Source of the DNA: an uncultured bacterium
Lineage (GTDB): Bacteria > Verrucomicrobiota > Verrucomicrobiia > Limisphaerales > UBA8199
DNA length: 64,000 nt
Assembly (NCBI GenBank): GCA_963749495.1
Contig: CAVVMW010000021.1
Span: 224,001 to 288,000 of the forward strand
Direction of reading: 5' to 3'
Positions within the stretch are counted from its first letter, which is position 1, and the number at the start of each line of letters is the position of its first letter. The position numbers and the translations under genes are program-made. The notes beneath the pieces are model-generated. The model saw nothing but the letters and a program-made list of their open reading frames with translations. It did no database searches and was not told where the DNA came from. Shown here one piece after another: positions 51,237 to 60,568 of the stretch.

Positions 51237-51440
51237 TCAGTCGGGATCCAATTCAGCCTTGGCCTGTTCCCAGGGAATCAGAGGCTCATTGCCGTTTTCC
51301 ACGATGGCGGCCTGCAAGTCCCGCAGGTCTTCCAAGTCCTCGACGCGTTCTTGCAGGCGCTCCACGGTCTTGGCCAGGGCCTCGACTTTTTGCAGCACGA
51401 CCGCATCATTCATAGGCTTCTTTTCTGTCTTTGACAGCAT
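51237..51440 (-). CDS. Small antitoxin-like protein
   Basis: ERVEDLEDLRDL...IPWEQAKAEL; start could be 51413. Confidence 0.6.
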   Translation of the reverse strand: MLSKTEKKPMNDAVVLQKVEALAKTVERLQERVEDLEDLRDLQAAIVENGNEPLIPWEQAKAELDPD

Positions 51441-51503
51441 ACACTTTGCCAGGACACCTGCTTCTCTGTTGCCACCCAGGAGCGGAGGTGAGACAGTGGC
51501 GGC

Positions 51504-52208
51504 ATGAAAGCGAATTTGAAACCAGCCAACCCAAAAGCGCGGGCCTTGCTCAGAAAGCTGCAAGCCCTGGCCGAGCGGGGAATTGACGGCGAGAGAATCT
51601 CGGCTCAAAAGAAAATTGCCCGGCTCAAAGCGCGGCTCGACTTCACCGGACCAGACCCCACTGAGACACCGGATTTGTTTCTTGGCAATTTCAAGCGTTC
51701 GACAACGGCAAGGTGGATTTACTCTTTCAGCAGGAATGATTTTGATCTGGCCAATTCCGTGAAATGGGCGATTGAATCGGCAACTAAAATCCCGTGCGTG
51801 TATCGGGACAGCGAGCTGCTGGCCGAAGCGACGCCCAGCACGGCAAACAGGCTGACGGAAATTGCCGCTCACATCACCCGCAGTTTCCGGGCCCTCCTTG
51901 ACCAATTTAGCACGGTTGGTGGGGTGAGCGCGAAGGATCGGGGTGTTTTTGTCATGGGGTTGTATGATGGAATGATGAACGAAGTGCGCAACGTCGGGCA
52001 ACGGCTGCCGAACCGGCCTGGTCCGACGAAAATGCCCAGGGGGAAGAAACGTGCCGTGACCCGCGCCACCGGCCTCCATATCCATCCATACACGGTGGGT
52101 GTAAGTCTCGGCAAACAAATTCGCTTCTCAGCGCCGTTGGAACAAATCGCCGCTGAATTGGAGGCTGTTACGCAGAAAGGTTTAACTCAGGAGGCATCTG
52201 GAACCTGA
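51504..52208 (+). CDS. Hypothetical protein, DUF2786-like N-terminus
   Basis: LRKLQALAERGIDGERISA; RBS ggaggtg. Confidence 0.6.
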   Translation: MKANLKPANPKARALLRKLQALAERGIDGERISAQKKIARLKARLDFTGPDPTETPDLFLGNFKRSTTARWIYSFSRNDFDLANSVKWAIESATKIPCVYRDSELLAEATPSTANRLTEIAAHITRSFRALLDQFSTVGGVSAKDRGVFVMGLYDGMMNEVRNVGQRLPNRPGPTKMPRGKKRAVTRATGLHIHPYTVGVSLGKQIRFSAPLEQIAAELEAVTQKGLTQEASGT

Positions 52209-52427
52209 TGGGCGGAGCCGACCTAAGCTGCAGCGCGGGAGATTCGCGACGACGCCCGATCCGGTTGAAGAGCTCCCGCCAAAAAATCATGCGCTGCATC
52301 ATCGAGGCCGAGGAGGAGGCCATGAACTGGCCGAATGTGACCAACGGGTACTGGAGCGGTTCCAGATGCTCGACGCCATGGAAGCCGAGGATGAAAAGAA
52401 CGCTGGCCGGCGCGCATGAAAGGAAAC

Positions 52428-52637
52428 ATGAGTATTGAATCGCTCCAACAAGAACTTGCCGCCTTGCCGGCCCACGAGCGCAGGCGCGTCCAAGCGTTCC
52501 TAGTCGCGCTCGAAGACTCCAATGACGCTCGCTATCGCAGAAAACTGTCAGAGAAGATCGACAGGCCGGCGGAGAAATTCGCGACCCTGGAGGAGTTGGA
52601 TCGGCGGCTGGAGACGGGTCCAGACGAGAAACCGTGA
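52428..52637 (+). CDS. Putative antitoxin
   Basis: RBS aagga; GTGA overlap with a RelE-like gene. Confidence 0.65.
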   Translation: MSIESLQQELAALPAHERRRVQAFLVALEDSNDARYRRKLSEKIDRPAEKFATLEELDRRLETGPDEKP

Positions 52638-52910
52638 ATTATCGGCTGCTCGTTGACTTCGAGGTCATTGAGTTTCTCGAAGACGCTTTCGCGCCGAGAT
52701 CAACTCCTCCTGAGAAACCGATTCGTCGCAATTCGAGGCCAACCGCGCGCGCATTCCGATTATACGGAACCCGATGACGTTGGGCGCCCGGTTGACATCC
52801 ATATTTGCGGAAAATTCGCCATCAAGTACTGGGAGGACCATGCCGACCGACATATAAAAATTCTTGAGGTTCATTGGCTGATCATCCGCGCCGATAAGCC
52901 CACGCCCTGA
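52634..52910 (+). CDS. RelE/ParE-like toxin, frameshift near 52680
   Basis: MNYRLLVDFEVIEFL / ...FAIKYWEDHADRHIKILEV. Confidence 0.6.
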
Positions 52911-53057
52911 ATTGTAAATTGAGCCGGCGCCGGTGAAAAAGGTTACAATGTCTTTGGACCGAGTTCACGAGCAAGAACGGCCGGGTGGAGCTCGGAAAAG
53001 CGGCGAGCTCCATGTTTCTGCCCCCATTGTTATGCCGTTAAGGCCGAGAACGCAAGA

Positions 53058-54392
53058 CTACGCCCTGGGCGGGGCGATGTAGAGGTCCTCGTCTTCGAGG
53101 TGTTTGATGAGCATGTCAACGGTGCGGTCGATGGCGCCGAGGTTTTCCCGCACGACCTTGAGGGCATTGCGCCCGAGCGCCTGGCGGCGCGGCTCATCGG
53201 CCAGCAATTGGCCCAGCACCTTTTCGAGTCCCGCCGGGTCGCGCACCTGGATGGCCCCGCCCTGGGCCAGGAGGCTGCGGACGATTTCGGCAAAGTTCTG
53301 CATGTTGGGGCCGAAGACCATCGCCTTGCCCATGGCACCGGGCTCGATCGGGTTCTGGCCGCCTGCTGCCGTGAGGCTCTTGCCCACGAAAATCACCGTG
53401 GCGTGCTCGTAAAAATAGCGCAACTCGCCGGTCGTATTGACCAGGAGGCAGTCCAGTTCGCCGGCCTGGAATTGGGTCTGGGCGGTGATTTCGTTGCGGT
53501 AGATGAATCTGACCCCGCGGGTCTGCAATTCGCGGCCCGCCTCGCGGCTGCGCTCGAAATGGCGCGGCACCAGCACCAGGAACAGGTTCGGGAAGCGGGC
53601 GCGCAGACGGAGGAATTGCTCGGCCAGGATGGCCTCTTCGCCGGGGTGCGTGCTCCCGCCAACCAGCAGTTGGGCGTTGACGGCCACGCCCAGTTGGCTT
53701 AAAAGGTGCGGCACGTCCAGCATCCGGCGTTCCTCCAACCGGGCGGCGTCGTATTTGAGACTGCCCACCACCTGGATCGCCTCGGGCCGGCAGCCCAGTT
53801 CCCGCAGCCGGGCGGCATCCGCATCGCTTTGCGCCCCCACCCCCGCCAGCGAGCGAAAAAGCGGCCGAAACAGCCAGCCAAACCGCTTGTAGCCCCGGTA
53901 TGACCGCTCCGAGAGGCGCGCGTTGGCCAGGAACACAGGAATGCCGATCTCGCCGGCGCGCCAGAGAAAGTTCGGCCAAATCTCCGCCTCGACCAGGACG
54001 ATGGCCAGGGGGTGAATGGTGCTCAGGGCGCGAACCACGTAGTTGCGCCGATCCAGGGGGTAATAGATCTTGCTGACATGGGTTGGCAGCTTGCGCTGCA
54101 ACTCGCCCATCCCGGTCGTGGTGGTGGTGGACACAACGATCTTCAGATTGGGCAAGCGGGGTTCCAGGGCCTGGATGATCTGCGTGCAGACGTTGACCTC
54201 GCCCACGCTCACCGCGTGTATCCAGATGCGGTCCCGGTTGGTCAGCGCCTGCTTGAGCTTGGTGTCGTAAAGGCCAAACCGCTGGGAAAAACCCTTCTGC
54301 CAGTTGCCCCGCCGCTGCATCCTCCAAAAATAATACGGCGAGGCCAATGTAGAAAATACCGCAAACAGGATGTTATAGAGAGTACGCACCAA
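53058..54392 (-). CDS. waaA: Kdo transferase
   Basis: WIHAVSVGE, EAEIWPN, GSTHPGEE, LVPRHFER, GGQNPIEP, GPNMQNF. Confidence 0.95.
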   Translation of the reverse strand: MVRTLYNILFAVFSTLASPYYFWRMQRRGNWQKGFSQRFGLYDTKLKQALTNRDRIWIHAVSVGEVNVCTQIIQALEPRLPNLKIVVSTTTTTGMGELQRKLPTHVSKIYYPLDRRNYVVRALSTIHPLAIVLVEAEIWPNFLWRAGEIGIPVFLANARLSERSYRGYKRFGWLFRPLFRSLAGVGAQSDADAARLRELGCRPEAIQVVGSLKYDAARLEERRMLDVPHLLSQLGVAVNAQLLVGGSTHPGEEAILAEQFLRLRARFPNLFLVLVPRHFERSREAGRELQTRGVRFIYRNEITAQTQFQAGELDCLLVNTTGELRYFYEHATVIFVGKSLTAAGGQNPIEPGAMGKAMVFGPNMQNFAEIVRSLLAQGGAIQVRDPAGLEKVLGQLLADEPRRQALGRNALKVVRENLGAIDRTVDMLIKHLEDEDLYIAPPRA

Positions 54393-54701
54393 TGCCGTCC
54401 GTTATACTCCTTCAGTGTGGCAATTCACTCTCGGAGCGTCAATTCCATTCCGGGCACGAGAATCGAGCGGGGCGCATCTCGCCTTTGTCGGCCTTCCGCA
54501 AGCCGGGCAATTGGAGCGTGGCGTCGGGAAGCCGCGAGGTTTTGGACTGCGCCAGTCCTCTGGCGCTTTTGCGTCCCCAGGGTCCGAAAAGCGGCAGAGG
54601 ACTGGCGCAGTCCAAAACGCTTCGCGACTTCGGACGCGCACTCCAATCGCCCGGTTCGGCCGGGCCCGACGAAGATGAGACGGGCCCGATCGAGAGGGCG
54701 C

Positions 54702-54962
54702 TTAGGCCTGCGCGTTCTCCAACGCCAGCGCCTGGTCCGGGAGTATCACCGGGATGTCGCGCCAGATGGGGTAGAGGCAGCGGCCATCAGCCCGGACCAG
54801 GCCGCCCTGGAGGATCTCCTTGACGGGCTGGCCGGCACGATTGCGCATCGAGCCGCCGGCGATGAGGCGGTTGAGTTGCTCGATGAGCGCCGGCTCTGCC
54901 TGGCGCAACTCCTGGTGCGTCTCAGGGCAGCGCAAGATCTCAAGCAATCCGGGTTTGATCAT
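54702..54962 (-). CDS. Trm112-family protein
   Basis: LLEILRCPETHQEL...YPIWRDIPVIL. Confidence 0.8.
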   Translation of the reverse strand: MIKPGLLEILRCPETHQELRQAEPALIEQLNRLIAGGSMRNRAGQPVKEILQGGLVRADGRCLYPIWRDIPVILPDQALALENAQA

Positions 54963-54971
54963 GTTTGGGGA

Positions 54972-55146
54972 GAGGCTCGACAATTTCGAAATCGCGCATT
55001 GGGACCATGAACCGGGCGGGCGCCGCCGCCGCGCGAAGCGTTTTGGACTGCGGCAGTCCACTGCCGCTTTTTGGACGCTGGGGGCGCGAAAGCGGCAGAG
55101 GACTGCCGCAGTCCAAAACCTTGCGGGTTTCGACAGTTCATGGAGC
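54972..55146 (+). mobile_element. IS110-ended miniature element enclosing a family-B REP
   Basis: tcgcgcattgggaccatgaacc ... gttcatggag resemble the ends of the IS110 at 8439-10058. Confidence 0.5.
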
Positions 55147-56452
55147 GGGCGGCAGGGCGCGCAGCGCCGCCTCATAGACCTGCTTGAGGGGCACATTGGC
55201 CTGCTGTGCCAGGTTCTTGCACGACTCGAACTCCGGAGCGGCCTGGACGACGCGCCCGTCAAGCCGGCCGAGCTTGACCTGGACCGGGCCCTGCGGTGTG
55301 GAAACCGTTATCCACTCGCGGGCCAGTTTGCGCCGCTCGGCAGTGTAACGGCGCACGCCGAAGGCGGTGGTCTCGAGCAGGATCAACTCGCTGAACTTGT
55401 CGGCCTCGTCGGCGGCGCAGAGCACGCTCAGGAGCACGCCCGGCCGGTTCTTCTTCATCTGGATCGGCGTGTGGAACGCGTCCAAAGCGCCGGCCCCCAG
55501 GGCACGCTCGATGAAATGGCCCAGCACCTCGGGGTTGACGTCGTCGAGGTTGGTTTCGAGCACCGTGACGGTATCAATTTGCCAATCGTGGGCCTGGCCG
55601 GCCGCCACAGTTGAGCCGGGTCCCGGGCGCTCAGCGGCAAGCCCCCCGCTGCACGAGGCCTCCCCGAGTATCGCCCGCAGCACGTTGGGCCGGCTCCGAT
55701 TGTCCCGAGTGCCCAGGCCGAAACCGATCCTCTCGGCCGCCAGGTTCCGCATCGGGCCAAAGGTCTCGACCAACTCTGCCAGCAGGGCGGCGCCGGTCGG
55801 CGTGACCAATTCGTGCGGCTCCTCGCATTGCGAGACCGCTATGCCGCGCGCCCCCAGGATGGCCAGCGTGGCCGGGGCGGGGACCGGAAAGCGCCCGTGC
55901 GCGCAATCGAGCCAGCCGGTGCCATCGACCACCGCGCTGGCCGCCACCGGCGGTCTGCCAAGCATCTCCAAGGCCAGGCACGCCCCGACAATGTCCATAA
56001 TCGAATCCACCGCCCCAACCTCATGAAAGCCGACCTGCTCCGCAGGCAGCCCATGAATGCGGCCCTCCGCCACCGCAATCCGCTCGAAGACGGCCACCGC
56101 CTTTTGCCTGGTCCACGCCGGCAGCGGGCTTGCCTCAATCAGCGGGCGGATCTGGGCGAAGGTCCGGCCATGGCCCTGTTCATGGTCATGGTCATGGGCC
56201 TGGTCATGCCCAGGCCCATGCTCGTGCTGGTGGCTATGGCCCTGCGCGCCGGGCGCCTCGAGGTGGACGTTCGAACTTCACGCCGGCGATGCCGGCCTTT
56301 TGGGCGCGTGTGACGTGGAGGTGATAGCCTTCCAGAGGCAGGTGGCGAAGCTGGCGCTCCCACTGGCCCGCATCGACCCCCAGGTCCAGGAGCGCCCCCA
56401 CCAGCATGTCGCCGCTGATCCCGCTCGACAGATCCAGATAGAGCGTCTTCAT
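55138..56452 (-). CDS. larC: Nickel pincer cofactor biosynthesis protein LarC, frameshifted
   Basis: SGISGDMLVGALLDLG, His-rich linker, FHEVGAVDSI, ELVTPTGAA, ETNLDD, MKKNRPG, PEFESC. Confidence 0.92.
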
Positions 56453-57210
56453 TGGGAGTCGTGCGCCAGGGCGTTGATCTGGCTCGCGGCGTAGCCGGCC
56501 CCGAAGCCATTGTCGATGTTCACCACCGTCACCCCGCTGCCGCAACTGTTGAGCATCCCCAGCAGCGGCGCCAGCCCCCCAAAATGCGCCCCATACCCAA
56601 TGCTCGTCGGCACGGCGATAACCGGCCTGCACACCAGGCCCGCCACCACGCTCGGCAGGGCCCCTTCCATGCCGGCGACGACGATGATGACGCTGGCCTG
56701 CTGCAGACTCGGCAGCCGGCCCAGCAGCCGGTGAACGCCCGAGACCCCGACATCCGCAATGCGCTCGACGCGGTTGCCCATGATCTCGGCCGTGAGCGCG
56801 GCCTCCTCGGCTACCGGCAAGTCGCTGGTCCCGGCACAGACCACCGCAATCACACCCGGGCGCTTGGGCAGCGGGCGGGTCTGGATCGTCAGGCACCGGG
56901 CGGTCTGGTGGTAAACCACGCCTTTGAGACGCCGCCGCAGCAGGCGGGCGTGTTCGGGCGTGACGCGCGTGATGAGCACCTGCTGCTCCCGCTCCAGGAG
57001 CTTGCGGGCGATGCCCAGCACCTGCGCCGGCGTCTTGCCCGCGCCGAAAATCACCTCCGGAAACCCTCGCCGCAACGCCCGATGCGTGTCCACCTGCGCA
57101 AAACCCAGGTCCGCCACCGGTGCCGCCTGGAAGGCCCGCAAGACCTCGTCGCGGCCCACGCCACCCGCGCGGAATTTCTCCAGGAGCTGGGTCGCTTTGA
57201 TTGTCGTCAC
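56449..57210 (-). CDS. larB: Nickel pincer cofactor biosynthesis protein LarB
   Basis: GFPEVIF, AGTSDLPVAEEA, AGMEGALPSVV, VPTSIGYG, VNIDNGFGA. Confidence 0.95.
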   Translation of the reverse strand: MTTIKATQLLEKFRAGGVGRDEVLRAFQAAPVADLGFAQVDTHRALRRGFPEVIFGAGKTPAQVLGIARKLLEREQQVLITRVTPEHARLLRRRLKGVVYHQTARCLTIQTRPLPKRPGVIAVVCAGTSDLPVAEEAALTAEIMGNRVERIADVGVSGVHRLLGRLPSLQQASVIIVVAGMEGALPSVVAGLVCRPVIAVPTSIGYGAHFGGLAPLLGMLNSCGSGVTVVNIDNGFGAGYAASQINALAHDSQ

Positions 57211-57396
57211 GGCGGGACAATGCCACCAAAGCCCGTCCAGGGAAAGGCTAAAGGCTAAAGGCTAAAGGCTAAAGTGCCGAAGGGAGGGCGGATCTCAAAG
57301 GGGCATTCTGAACCGTCCTTTCCGTGCTTTAGCCTTTAGCCTTCAGCCTTTAGCCTTTCCATGTAGGGGCGGGCTGATCTAATCTCAGGCACGTCT

Positions 57397-58155
57397 ATGG
57401 CTCAAACGGAATCGAACCCGGTCCCACCCGCTCAGCGCGCCGACGGGCGCCGTCCGAACCAACTCCGCCCCGTGCGCTTTCAGAACAACGTGGCGCCTTA
57501 CGCCGCCGGCTCGACCCTGATCGAATGCGGCCAGACGCGCGTGATCTGCGGCGTGACCGTCGAGGAGAGCGTGCCGCGCTGGCTCAAGGAGCAGAACCTC
57601 TGTGGCGGCTGGGTCACGGCCGAATACTCGATGCTGCCCTACTCGACCTTGCAGCGAAAACAGCGCAACGTGACCCGCGGAAAACTCGACGGGCGCTCGC
57701 AAGAGATTCAGCGCCTGATCGGGCGCTCGATGCGCGCCAGCATCGATCTGCAGAAACTGGGCGTGCGCACGCTCTGGGTGGATTGCGACGTGCTGCAGGC
57801 GGACGGCGGGACGCGCACGGCGGCGATCACCGGGGCCTACGTTGCGCTGAGGCTGGCGGTGAGCAAACTGCTGGGTGAGGGCAAGCTGGCGGAGGACCCG
57901 CTGCTCCAGGCCGTGGCGGCCGTGAGCGTGGGCATTGTGGAGGGGCGTGCGCTGCTGGACCTGTCCTACGGCGAAGACGCCGCGGCAGCAGTGGATTTGA
58001 ACCTGGTGATGAACGCCGCCGGGCAGTTCATCGAGCTGCAAGGCTCGGGTGAAGAGGCCACCTTCACCGAGGCCCAGCTTCACCAGATGCTCACCCTGGG
58101 CAAGGCCGGCATCGAGCAACTCCTGGGCGCACAGCAGCAAGCCCTGGCTGGATGA
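57397..58155 (+). CDS. rph: Ribonuclease PH
   Basis: GWVTAEYSMLP, EIQRLIGRSMRA, DCDVLQADGGTRTAAITG. Confidence 0.96.
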   Translation: MAQTESNPVPPAQRADGRRPNQLRPVRFQNNVAPYAAGSTLIECGQTRVICGVTVEESVPRWLKEQNLCGGWVTAEYSMLPYSTLQRKQRNVTRGKLDGRSQEIQRLIGRSMRASIDLQKLGVRTLWVDCDVLQADGGTRTAAITGAYVALRLAVSKLLGEGKLAEDPLLQAVAAVSVGIVEGRALLDLSYGEDAAAAVDLNLVMNAAGQFIELQGSGEEATFTEAQLHQMLTLGKAGIEQLLGAQQQALAG

Positions 58156-59127
58156 GCCGGCGCTCGCTCTGGCAGGTCGCGGTGCAGACCTCGCTCGAGG
58201 CCGAAGACGCGGTTCTGGGCATGGCTCCAGGGGGCCTTTGGCCAGCCCGCCTCGTCCTGGACCGATTTGGAGACGCGCCTGGCCACTGTGAGCGTTTGCC
58301 TGGCCAAGAGGCCGGACTGGTCCCGCTGCCGGCGCATCGAACTGGCAGCCCAATTGTGCCGGATCGAGGCCAGCGGGTTGGACATCCGCCCGGGGCGCCT
58401 TCGATTGACAAGGGTGCCCCGCCAGAACTGGGCGGAATCCTGGAAACGCCATTTTCAGGCGATGTCGCTCGGTCCGGCGCTGCTGCTCAAGCCCAGTTGG
58501 AGCCGGCGCCGCCCCCGCAAGGGCCAGGCCGTGGTCGTGCTCGATCCGGGCCTGAGCTTCGGCACCGGGCGGCACCCGACGACCGCCTTCTGCCTGGCAC
58601 AACTGATAGTGCGGCGCCGCCCAGGGACCGCGCAATCGTTGCTGGATGTCGGCTGTGGCTCGGGCATCCTCGCGCTGGCTGCGGCCAAGCTCGGCTACGC
58701 CCCAATCGCGGCCCTGGATTGGGACCCCGATGCGATTCGCGTCGCCATCGCCAACGCCCGCCGCAACCGCGTGTCCGGCCGGATTGAGTTTGCGCGGCAG
58801 GCCCTGGCCCGGATGCCCCGGCGCGCGCAGCGGCGGTTCTCCCTGGTTTGCGCCAACCTCGTTGCCGATGTGCTGCTGGCCGAGCCGCAGCGCCTGGCCG
58901 CGCAGGTCCAACCCGGCGGTGTCCTCGTCCTGGCCGGCATCCTCAAGACCGAGTTCGCCCAAGTCCGCCGAGCCTATGAAGACCTGGGCTTCAAACTGGC
59001 GGCGAGCCGCGCCGACCAGGAGTGGCGATCGGGGGCGTTCGCGTTTCCCCGGGGCGCTCATCGCGGGGCGGAAGCAGGAATGACGAATGACGAAACCGGT
59101 GCGCCCGCCAAAATCTCCTCTGCATGA
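58152..59127 (+). CDS. prmA: Ribosomal protein L11 methyltransferase, frameshifted near the 5' end
   Basis: NWAESWK, LDPGLSFGTGRHPTT, LDVGCGSGILA, ANL. Confidence 0.88.
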
Positions 59128-59397
59128 TTTTGCCCGCAATGATTTTGCCTTCTCCCCCTGAGAGAGCTTCTGAATGATCCTGTCAAAAATGATTCTGTCT
59201 GTTTTCCCCAAATTGTTCTGCGCAAAACAAGTTTTGAATGGACTTCCTGGAAAATGGTCGTATAATGTGAATGCTTGAAGCAGCCGATGCCAAAGGCAAC
59301 GTATCGGGGATGGTCTCAGGGAAAGCCCCAGCGGCATCCTTCTCGCCTGGCAGCCTTCTTCTGGGCCAGGCCCAACCTGAACAAAGGACATCAAGCT

Positions 59398-59562
59398 ATG
59401 ACCAAGTTGTTGGAAGTCATCAGTGAAGTGATTCATAATCCCAAACACCCCTTCCGCAAGGTGGAGGACCAGCCCAAGAAGCCCCAGAAACACCGCTATG
59501 AGCGGCGGAAGGTCCGGGGCTACCTTCACCTGGGTGATTGGGCTTCCAGGGAAGCGGCTTAA
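59398..59562 (+). CDS. Small basic hypothetical protein (54 aa)
   Basis: RBS aagga, upstream TATAAT at 59261, own terminator. Confidence 0.6.
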   Translation: MTKLLEVISEVIHNPKHPFRKVEDQPKKPQKHRYERRKVRGYLHLGDWASREAA

Positions 59563-59582
59563 GAAGACTAAAGTCCAACATT

Positions 59583-59621
59583 AAAACAAAAGGCCACGCT
59601 TTGGCGTGGCCTTTTGTTTTT
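59583..59621. terminator. Intrinsic terminator, potentially bidirectional
   Basis: aaaacaaaaggccacgc-tttg-gcgtggccttttgtttt. Confidence 0.8.
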
Positions 59622-59717
59622 CCGGCACAACGGGGTGAACACCCCATGGCGCGCGCGGGCTGAATCAGAGATAAGCTCAGAGGATGAAGAGTATTAACCG
59701 AGTTTTTTGTTTTTCCC

Positions 59718-60080
59718 ATGGAAAGGAGAGCGCCATTCGTGCAGACTAGACACACTCAGCCCACCCTCGCCAACCGGCCCCCAAAGCGCCCCGGCAATTC
59801 CAGCCTCGACACGGCCGCATCCAGCGAGAGGCGGGTCGAGTTGAGCCTGCACATGCCCCAGGCCCGCTCGGCCGTCGTGGCCGGCACCTTCAACAACTGG
59901 AACACGCGGCAAACCCCGATGCGCAAAGAATCCGGGAGCGCCTGGAGGGCGACTCTCTCCCTGCCTCCGGGCCGCTACGAATACCGGTTCGTCGTCGATG
60001 GCCAATGGATAAGCGATCCCAACGCGAGGGAACACGTCCCCAATAAATTCGGGAGCACCAACTCGGTGCTGGTCGTCTGA
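59718..60080 (+). CDS. CBM48/AMPK-type glycogen-binding protein
   Basis: VAGTFNNW, LPPGRYEYRFVVDGQW..DP, FGSTNSVL. Confidence 0.88.
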   Translation: MERRAPFVQTRHTQPTLANRPPKRPGNSSLDTAASSERRVELSLHMPQARSAVVAGTFNNWNTRQTPMRKESGSAWRATLSLPPGRYEYRFVVDGQWISDPNAREHVPNKFGSTNSVLVV

Positions 60081-60568
60081 GCCTTTCTCGGGGGGGAGGG
60101 TTTCAGCAGCGATGCAACCCTTTCCGGGTAGTTGCTTAGAGGGCGCGTGACCCAGGGTAGCGCGTTCCGCGCAACAGAAAAAGGAATGTAGAGAACGCGG
60201 GGGCGAGATAAGGCGGGACTCGGGAATACAGAAGTGACTTTGGAGAAGTTGGGTCCGCCCCCGTGTTCTCTACATTCCTGGGTTGAACGAAGCCGCGGCC
60301 CAAGGTTCGTTGGGCCATCCTTGGGGGTACTGCGGAAAGTCCTGGATTTGCCTTTGACTACGGTCTGCGGTCGAGGCTTTTGGGGACGGGCCAGAGCCGT
60401 GCCAACCTGCGCCAGTCCCGGTGCTGACGGGGCGGCAGCGTCGTCGAGGCTCCGGGATCGGCCACTGGCCAGTTGGGACGCTCAAGCGGGTGCCACGCGA
60501 ACAAAGCGCGGGGGTGGGAGTTGGCCCCCCAGCCGGAACGAGCAGTGAGGTGGTCCAGGGCGTAGTTT

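Noticed and set aside
45600..52910. Integron cassette array
   Set aside because: No attC-like structures recognised; the only intact recombinase belongs to the IS91-like element.
56100..56300. Programmed frameshift in larC
   Set aside because: Known in some larC genes, but here there is more than one shift and the window-wide indel rate is high.
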